Below are positions 31,999 through 37,896 of a stretch of 37,896 bases of DNA, one piece after another. Every line of letters starts with the position of its first letter. Positions within the stretch are counted from its first letter, which is position 1. The translations under genes and the position numbers were made by a program. Under the pieces are notes generated by a model. It saw only the letters and a list, made by a program, of their open reading frames with translations. It was not told where the DNA came from and searched no databases. The DNA comes from Anaerolineales bacterium (GTDB lineage: Bacteria; Chloroflexota; Anaerolineae; Anaerolineales; UBA6668), in the NCBI GenBank assembly GCA_020630225.1, contig JAHDBS010000005.1, forward strand, positions 1 to 37,896, given 5' to 3'.

Positions 31999-34899
31999 TT
32001 ATTGCGACTCAATCAGCACTTCATAAGAATAGAGCTGTGACCCTTCGAAATTTTCTGGAACTGCAGCCACAATTAGATAGAGATAGTCATCTGCTGCGGT
32101 GACTTCAACTGTCAGTGATCCTTCTAACCCATCATCAAGCGGGAATTGATGATATTTGTAACCATCATCACCATCGCCAACAACAACCCTAGCTTCAAAG
32201 AATGCTGGTGCTCCAGCTGACCCTTCAGCGTCACCATCAAAGACGAAGGCGTATGCGCCATCAATGCTGCCCTCAATTTGGATTACATTGTAAGACCAAT
32301 CTTCAGGGGTGACCTCTGCTGCTGGTCGGAACCAGTCGCCGTCTGTGCCTGAATTTGGCAATGAAATGACATAAGGGTTGATGTCATTTGGATCCCCTGA
32401 CCAGTCAAGCTCTTCCTGAGCAATCTCAAATTGAGTCCGATTGATGTAAGCAAAGTCGGCAACGTTTTGCCCGGCCCAATCGCCAAACAACTCGCGGAAA
32501 TTTGGAATACGGCTATACAACAATTCCTGCGGTAGCGCGTAATCTGTTTGGTTATAGCCAGCTGCAATCAGCTGTACATCAATGCCCTGTAACTCAGTTA
32601 AGAAGATCAAGAAGGAGCTCATGGCATATTGATGGATGGTACGTTGCCATGATTCTGGATCATATTCGCTACTGTTGTCCCAACTGCGCCAGAGGCTTTC
32701 GTGAGGTGCCGCAAAAATTGCACCAGCTTCGATAAAGGCTTCATCGGCAGCCGCCCCTAGCCAGCGGCTGGCATACCAATTGGCTGTCGCTTCGCTAAAC
32801 CAAGCCCCATCGCCTTCGTACCAGTAGCCCGGATTTTCAGTTTCTTGGAAGACATGAAACCCTTCGTGAATAATGACGAGTGGGTCGGTGTACTCGGCAA
32901 GCTCCATGTCTAGTCCACCGAAATCATTGCCACCTACGGCGTTACCCCAATCTTCTTCTTCGCCGGGGAAGCCATCAGCATCATCTTCTGTGTCATGAAT
33001 GTAGACGTTGACATAGTGCCCTTGTGCCAAGTTTGGTGGATCGGCCATGCCAAAGTTTAAGCGGACATCGCGGCGGACTTCGGTAAGTAAAGTGGCGACT
33101 TCACGTGCCTCGGTTTCTATGTCCCAAGCTAAGGGATACCAAACTGCAAAAATGCCGTCTGTGATGACACCATGGATACTTTCGTCACCATAGGCTGTTT
33201 GCAGCGTTAGCTCAGGAATAGCTAGTAACGTTTGTTCGTCTGTGCTAAGAGTGTCTGCCTGAGGCGCGTTATCAACTGTTGCTGCCTCCGCACCTTGCTC
33301 AATGAGAACCTCGTAGGAGTAAATCTGTGAACCAGAAAAGTTTTCGGGGACTGCAGCAACAACTAAATAGATATTGTCATCGGCTGCTGTCACTTCAACC
33401 GTAAGTGAGCCTTGTAAGCCTTCATCTAAAGGGAATTCATGGAAGCGATAGCCATCTTCACCATCGCCAACAACAACGCGTGTTTCGAAGAATGCCGGTG
33501 CTCCATTTGAGCCGGTTTCGTCTCCATTGAAGACAAATGAGTAAGCACTATCAACGCCACCAGCTACGCGAATCACGTTGTATGACCAGTCTTCAGGGGT
33601 TTGTTCTGGGGCGGGGCGGAACCATTCGCCCTCTGTTCCGGCATTTGATAAGTCTGCCGCAAATGGATTGGCGTCAAAGTCATCGCCGACATTGTCAAAT
33701 TGCTCAACCGCTTCAGCATATTGATCGCGACTAATGTAAGCGAACTCAGCTACATTTTCGCCAGCCCAATTACCAAAGTAGGTGCGCAAGTTTGGAATTT
33801 CACGGTAAAGAAATTCCTGCGGCAAGATGTATTCTGGCAGATAGAAGCCGCGTGCGATGAGGTCTTGAGAGACACCTTGTTCTTCTGTCAAGTAGACTAA
33901 CAATGCACTCATGGCATACATGCGTAAGCTGCGCTGCCAGGATACTTCTTCAGGATCATATTCACTGACATTCTCGCCCCCAAACCACATACTTTCGTGT
34001 GGCACCGTTTCGATGGCAAGCGCTTCATAGAACGTATCATTATTAGAACCGCCAAGGATGATCGACGCATACCAATTGGCAGTGGCTTCAAAGAACCATA
34101 CCCCGTCTTCATCATCTTGATAGCCTTCGTTTGGCCCATCTTGAAAGACGTGAAAGCCTTCATGCAAAATTGTTACAGGGTCTTCTTTGGCCTCCCATGA
34201 CAATGTCATGTAGCTAAGGTCAAGGTCGTTTCTCCCGACGCTGTTCCCCCAGTCTTCTTCCGTGAATCCATCTGCGTCGGATTCATCGTCGTGGATGTAA
34301 ACGTTTACATATGACCCATCAGCCACATTAGGCGGATCGATCATGCCGTATTCCGTGCGCACTTGGTATCGGACATCAGCAAGCATTTCACCAATCATGA
34401 TAGCTGTGTCTTCAAGGTCTGCATCTTTTGGCCACCAAACTGCCCAAATATCATTTGTAATGTAATTGTGCTTTTCTTCATCTGCAAAAAGCGTAATGAC
34501 TTCTAATGCGGGTGTCTCGGCTGCGCGCCACTCCGCTTTGACTGCTGTTAATTCTTCGTCTGAGACATCATCTTCTTCGCTGCTTTCGTCATCTGACACG
34601 TCAAGATCTTCGTCAGCAAGATCTTTTTCATCCAAGTCTTCAGTGTTCTCAAGTTCAACTGTCTCTTGTGCAGCGGTATCTTCATCTACGTCTGCCTCAG
34701 ATGGTGGAGTTGGGTCAAGCTCTGGTTCTACGGCTTCTGCTTCAATGCTGTCTGCCGTGTCTTCGATCAAAATGGTTTCAATCTCTTCTAAGCTGGGAAC
34801 AGCACCGCCGTTACAAGCGGTTAGGACTAGTGCGCTAAAGAGCACGAACAGGATGCTGAAAATAGGGGGGGATTGAAAGAGTCTATATTGCGTTTTCAC
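31999..34899 (-). CDS. Secreted lipoprotein with two tandem HExxH (gluzincin-like) metallopeptidase-like modules, each followed by a beta-sandwich-like C-terminal segment; uncharacterised family
   Basis: GTG 34899 is preceded by AGGAA-N6 and gives MKTQYRLFQSPPIFSILFVLFSALVLTAC (lipobox LTAC). A ~90-aa Asp/Glu-rich linker follows. Two ~400-aa units then follow, each with HEGFHVFQ plus a downstream FEATANWYAS / SEATANWYAS Glu, and each ends ...GSLTVEVTAADD.(I/L)YL(V/I)VAAVPENF.GSQ.YSYEVLIE. Confidence 0.75.
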   Translation of the reverse strand: MKTQYRLFQSPPIFSILFVLFSALVLTACNGGAVPSLEEIETILIEDTADSIEAEAVEPELDPTPPSEADVDEDTAAQETVELENTEDLDEKDLADEDLDVSDDESSEEDDVSDEELTAVKAEWRAAETPALEVITLFADEEKHNYITNDIWAVWWPKDADLEDTAIMIGEMLADVRYQVRTEYGMIDPPNVADGSYVNVYIHDDESDADGFTEEDWGNSVGRNDLDLSYMTLSWEAKEDPVTILHEGFHVFQDGPNEGYQDDEDGVWFFEATANWYASIILGGSNNDTFYEALAIETVPHESMWFGGENVSEYDPEEVSWQRSLRMYAMSALLVYLTEEQGVSQDLIARGFYLPEYILPQEFLYREIPNLRTYFGNWAGENVAEFAYISRDQYAEAVEQFDNVGDDFDANPFAADLSNAGTEGEWFRPAPEQTPEDWSYNVIRVAGGVDSAYSFVFNGDETGSNGAPAFFETRVVVGDGEDGYRFHEFPLDEGLQGSLTVEVTAADDNIYLVVAAVPENFSGSQIYSYEVLIEQGAEAATVDNAPQADTLSTDEQTLLAIPELTLQTAYGDESIHGVITDGIFAVWYPLAWDIETEAREVATLLTEVRRDVRLNFGMADPPNLAQGHYVNVYIHDTEDDADGFPGEEEDWGNAVGGNDFGGLDMELAEYTDPLVIIHEGFHVFQETENPGYWYEGDGAWFSEATANWYASRWLGAAADEAFIEAGAIFAAPHESLWRSWDNSSEYDPESWQRTIHQYAMSSFLIFLTELQGIDVQLIAAGYNQTDYALPQELLYSRIPNFRELFGDWAGQNVADFAYINRTQFEIAQEELDWSGDPNDINPYVISLPNSGTDGDWFRPAAEVTPEDWSYNVIQIEGSIDGAYAFVFDGDAEGSAGAPAFFEARVVVGDGDDGYKYHQFPLDDGLEGSLTVEVTAADDYLYLIVAAVPENFEGSQLYSYEVLIESQ
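32008..33216 (-). repeat. Intragenic duplication, unit 2 (aa ~571-973 of the track ORF)
   Basis: Collinear with unit 1. The HEGFH codons are at 32854-32868. Confidence 0.85.
33298..34506 (-). repeat. Intragenic duplication, unit 1 (aa ~141-543 of the track ORF)
   Basis: Collinear with unit 2 at a 430-aa offset along the whole length. The HEGFH codons are at 34150-34164. Confidence 0.85.
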
Positions 34900-35091
34900 G
34901 TCTAATTCCTGATTAATGGCAATCAATTTAATAACAATGAATGTTGTAATTACAACGCGCGTAACTATATAGCCTTTAGGGCATTTTGCAATCGGTCTGA
35001 GTATGGAGTTGTAAGTAAGACTTGTGGCGGAGATGAATTGAAATTGAAGGGGGAAGCAATATGTGGTTGCTTCCCCGTATTTGCGTGTGGG

Positions 35092-35874
35092 TTAGATGAG
35101 CGCGTCAATAGCGCTGACAAGTTCTTTGCATTTTCGTGAGTCGAGCGCATGTGGATGTGGGTTACTAAACCGACGTGAGTCATTGTCATAGTACTTACCA
35201 CTTGCTGTCTCAAATTCTTCTGAAAGCGCTGCTCTTGTAAGGATATCTGCACCAATTCTTAGGTCGTTGCCTTGCATACCAAAGGCCTCTTTCACCATCT
35301 TGCTCCCAAGATAAGAGCCTGGATTGACAGACACTAACATTGGCGAGTTTGGTAACGCGTTGGCAGCAAGATAGTTTGTCCACATCATGATTGCTAGCTT
35401 GCTTTGTGCGTATGCATTCATATCATCAAGCTGCACGCCGTTGGTAAGCGCCTGAATGTTTACAGGTGCTTGCGCTGCTGAAGAGACGTTGATGACGCGA
35501 CTATTAGCGTTTAGCTGTGGAAGCAATAGCTTCGTCAGTAGGTAAGGGGCAATGGTATTCACCATGAAACGGAGATCGATGTTGTTATCTAATATTGGCG
35601 TATTGGCCTTCAACACCCCAGCATTGTTAATCAATACATCGAGGCTGGTGTGTTGCGCTTGCACTGCAACAGCTAGTCTGCGTACAGCCGCTAGGTCAGA
35701 TAAGTCCGCAACATACGTTTCAACATTTGCGTTTCTCAGCTCATTAGATAACGCCTGAAGTTTGGTCGCGCTACGGCCGTGTAGCAGCAAGCGATGTCCT
35801 TTCTGAGCTAATAATTTTGCGGTTTCACGCCCAATACCATCGGTTGCGCCAGTGAGTAAGATAGTTTTCATCAT
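35092..35874 (-). CDS. SDR-family (short-chain dehydrogenase/reductase) oxidoreductase
   Basis: The cofactor motif is TGATDGIGRETA, and NNAG and the catalytic YAQSK (Y-x3-K) are present. The ATG directly abuts the upstream TAA (35875-35877). Confidence 0.9.
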   Translation of the reverse strand: MMKTILLTGATDGIGRETAKLLAQKGHRLLLHGRSATKLQALSNELRNANVETYVADLSDLAAVRRLAVAVQAQHTSLDVLINNAGVLKANTPILDNNIDLRFMVNTIAPYLLTKLLLPQLNANSRVINVSSAAQAPVNIQALTNGVQLDDMNAYAQSKLAIMMWTNYLAANALPNSPMLVSVNPGSYLGSKMVKEAFGMQGNDLRIGADILTRAALSEEFETASGKYYDNDSRRFSNPHPHALDSRKCKELVSAIDALI

Positions 35875-36840
35875 TTAGAGGTGTACTGTTGGGAAATAAG
35901 GCAGAAGTCCGTCTGCCAAACGCTTTAGTGTGTCTTCAATTTCAGCCTGATTGAAACGTAAGTTGATGGCAACATGATTAATGCCAATGGCTTCAATTGA
36001 TTTGAGATAGTCGCGTAATACGTTGATGCCTAACCGCATGCCTAAATGAATGGGTTGTGGAGTGGCGTTGTCATCGCGGACAAGGTCCACATAAAGTGGT
36101 TGCATGACCGGTTTGGTCGGCTCATTTGCTGCGGCAACTTGCTCCCGAAAGGTAGCAATGACTTGGGCTTGTTGGCGTGTATTACGCGGATACGTGATCC
36201 AACCATCGCTGTGTTGCGCGATCCATTCTGGCGACTGGCGACTGCTGCCCGTCACAAGTAATGGCAATTGCTTTCCTGTAGGTTTAGGCAGCATGTTAAC
36301 TTGCACCCGATTTTGACCATAACGATTGTCGATTTGCGGCCAATCGGCTTGCATGTTGCGGATGTAGTCAAAACTCTCGCGAAACAGCACATCCCGTTCT
36401 TCAAACGGAATATTCATTGTGGGATATTCATCTGGCCGATCGCCTGAGGCTACGCCCAAGATAAGACGCCCATTCGACAAGACATCGGCTGTTGCTGCGG
36501 CTTTTGCAACATGAGCCGGGTGTCGCAAGGGCAAAATCACGCTAGCAACGCCAAGCGCAATGCGCTCTGTATGAGCGCTTAGCAAACCCAAATATACGAA
36601 TGGATCAAATGGTTGACCAGCGTCTCCAAATGATGGCACGTTGAACGGTACGTCTCTTAACCAAAGTGACGCGAACCCAAGGTCATCTGCCAATTTGGCC
36701 CGTTGCAAATGGCGATGCATTTTGGGGACAGGACTACGTGCATAGTTTTCAATTGGAACAACAATGCCAATACTGAGGTGTCCGTTCCTAAATACGGTGT
36801 TATACCCAGTGTTGATTGTTTGAAAAGGTGCTTTTGACAT
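35875..36840 (-). CDS. Luciferase-like monooxygenase (LLM) class flavin/F420-dependent oxidoreductase
   Basis: 321-aa TIM-barrel-type ORF with LLM blocks (LGFASLWLRD, GRLILGVASGDRPDEY, LLVTGSS). The cofactor type cannot be decided by eye. Confidence 0.8.
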   Translation of the reverse strand: MSKAPFQTINTGYNTVFRNGHLSIGIVVPIENYARSPVPKMHRHLQRAKLADDLGFASLWLRDVPFNVPSFGDAGQPFDPFVYLGLLSAHTERIALGVASVILPLRHPAHVAKAAATADVLSNGRLILGVASGDRPDEYPTMNIPFEERDVLFRESFDYIRNMQADWPQIDNRYGQNRVQVNMLPKPTGKQLPLLVTGSSRQSPEWIAQHSDGWITYPRNTRQQAQVIATFREQVAAANEPTKPVMQPLYVDLVRDDNATPQPIHLGMRLGINVLRDYLKSIEAIGINHVAINLRFNQAEIEDTLKRLADGLLPYFPTVHL

Positions 36841-36963
36841 TTTTCGGAATGAGACAATGCGTGCTTCTTCTTGTGATTGTTGCGAGAATAAACGATACTA
36901 GCAAATCAAACAAGTACGCACATTTTTGGTATATAGTGACACAAATGATACTGTGAGGGGTTA

Positions 36964-37344
36964 GTGCAACACGAACGTTATGACTGCAACGAAGGTTGTC
37001 CAGTAGAGGCAGCTTTGGAAATTATCGGTGGCAAATGGAAAGGGATGATTCTTTATCATCTGTTGACGGAGACACTGCGCTTCAATGAACTGAAACGGCA
37101 GATGCCTGAAATTACCCAGCGCATGCTCACAAAACAGCTGCGCGAGTTAGAAGCAAGCGGGCTTGTGCACCGTGAGGTGTACCCACAAGTGCCACCAAAG
37201 GTTGAATACTCCACGACAGACTATGGCAAGACATTAGCGCCGGTCATTCATGCGCTAAGAGCTTGGGGGGAAGCGCACCTTGCGCTGCTTGAAGCCCAAA
37301 ATGATGAGGCTCAAGCTGCCATTAATACTTCAATCGGCACATAA
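36964..37344 (+). CDS. HxlR-family (MarR-like winged-helix) transcriptional regulator
   Basis: CPVEAALEIIGGKWKGMILYHL...RFNELKR..P.ITQRMLTKQLRELE..GLV.R.VY..VPPKVEY..T is the HxlR signature. GTG start preceded by GAGGGG. It is divergent from the LLM-SDR pair. Confidence 0.85.
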   Translation: MQHERYDCNEGCPVEAALEIIGGKWKGMILYHLLTETLRFNELKRQMPEITQRMLTKQLRELEASGLVHREVYPQVPPKVEYSTTDYGKTLAPVIHALRAWGEAHLALLEAQNDEAQAAINTSIGT

Positions 37345-37850
37345 TCAATGTCAAATCCAAAGTAGCGCGGGCCAGAGCAAGCTAAGCCAGCTTCGGTGCG
37401 AAATGCGTCTAGGCCTTTCATGCCCACAGCTACAATCGCGTCTCCTTCGGCAATAAAATAAAAGAGACGTCATTCCGTCCATCGGTAAGACTAATCCGTA
37501 GCGTGTTCGAATTGGCTTAGTTTTACTCAAAAGGTTTGCCTCGAGGACTTTGGACTATGCATTTTCATTAGCAATGTCTATAAAAATGCTATCCTCAGAT
37601 CCCTGATACGCGATGAGTTGTGTAAATTAGCCGCTCGGCAGACCCATCCGCCTTCGCTCAGGGCAAGCTGTGCTCGTGATGACATTACGCAGTCTTAAGC
37701 TAGCAGAAATGTTTAGCTTAGTGCCTATCTGACATGACGATTCATGTCACTAAACTTACTATTGGTCACACTATATTTTTCAGAATTTTGTTTATGAGAA
37801 TAGACAAATCAATATCCGTGCTAAGAATTTCTCTCGTAGCTAAGTAACCT

Positions 37851-37896
37851 ATGCAACATTTACTCATCACCAACGCATGTGCTTTCACTGCGGATC
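37851..37896 (+). CDS. Possible 5' end of a CDS truncated by the window edge (amidohydrolase-like N-terminus?)
   Basis: The ATG at 37851 opens MQHLLITNACAFTAD..., resembling the M..LLI.NA.I.T.D start of many amidohydrolase-superfamily proteins. Only 15 codons are visible. Confidence 0.25.
   Translation, partial: MQHLLITNACAFTAD

Noticed and set aside
34466-34876. 136-aa Ser-rich plus-strand ORF
   Set aside because: It is the antisense reading of the GAA/GAT/GAC-rich acidic linker of the large lipoprotein gene. Its composition is an artefact of that codon bias.
37505-37512. GTTCGAAT, a tRNA T-loop-like motif, suggesting a tRNA, tmRNA or att site
   Set aside because: The flanking bases cannot form a T-stem (GCGTG vs TGGCT), and no acceptor or anticodon arms can be drawn. 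It is most likely chance.
1-37896. Search for CRISPR arrays, IS elements, integrases, phage or defence-system genes
   Set aside because: No direct-repeat/spacer periodicity was found. No DDE or tyrosine/serine recombinase-like ORFs were found. No nuclease/ATPase/helicase defence-type ORFs were recognised. All long ORFs are accounted for by metabolic, transport, regulatory or hydrolase functions.

Overview
This 37.9-kb window is a densely coding bacterial chromosomal segment with about 33 CDS. I found no rRNA, tRNA, CRISPR array, transposase or integrase. Shine-Dalgarno (SD) ribosome-binding sites (GGAGG/AAGGA), a lipoprotein solute-binding protein with a long Val/Glu-rich linker, and a stand-alone four-helix-bundle 'IVS protein' gene are reminiscent of Chloroflexota-type genomes. 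Taxonomy cannot be settled from the sequence alone.

Content, left to right:
- A di-heme cytochrome c peroxidase and a serine hydrolase.
- A translationally coupled minus-strand operon: FMN 2-hydroxyacid dehydrogenase, ThDP enzyme, transthyretin-like protein, GcvT/DmdA-like aminomethyltransferase.
- A divergently transcribed GrdB/PrdB-family gene that is only intact if the in-frame TGA at 8019-8021 is read as selenocysteine. The ORF track splits it in two.
- An MFS transporter.
- A LacI-controlled divergon: lacI plus Dpp/Opp-type permeases and a fused ATPase on the minus strand; solute-binding protein, Rieske oxygenase and a second DmdA-like gene on the plus strand. It carries three copies of a GTGAGC/GCTCAC operator.
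- A non-pyrrolysine MttB-family methyltransferase coupled to an APH-like kinase.
- A homoprotocatechuate meta-cleavage operon (hpaE-hpaD-hpaH-hpaI), interrupted by a four-helix-bundle gene bracketed by inverted repeats.
- DegV, a thiolase, a membrane-anchored S33 peptidase and a cupin.
- A 966-aa lipoprotein made of two tandem HExxH modules.
- An SDR/LLM oxidoreductase pair with a divergent HxlR regulator.
- A 0.5-kb ORF-poor tail.

Most noteworthy findings:
- The orphan GrdB-like selenoprotein and its candidate SECIS hairpin.
- Four mechanistically different methyl-group-processing enzyme families clustered within about 18 kb.
- The IVS-like cassette inside an mRNA operon.
- The internally duplicated metallopeptidase-like protein.

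All family assignments rest on motifs and my recollection of family sequences. No database search was run.
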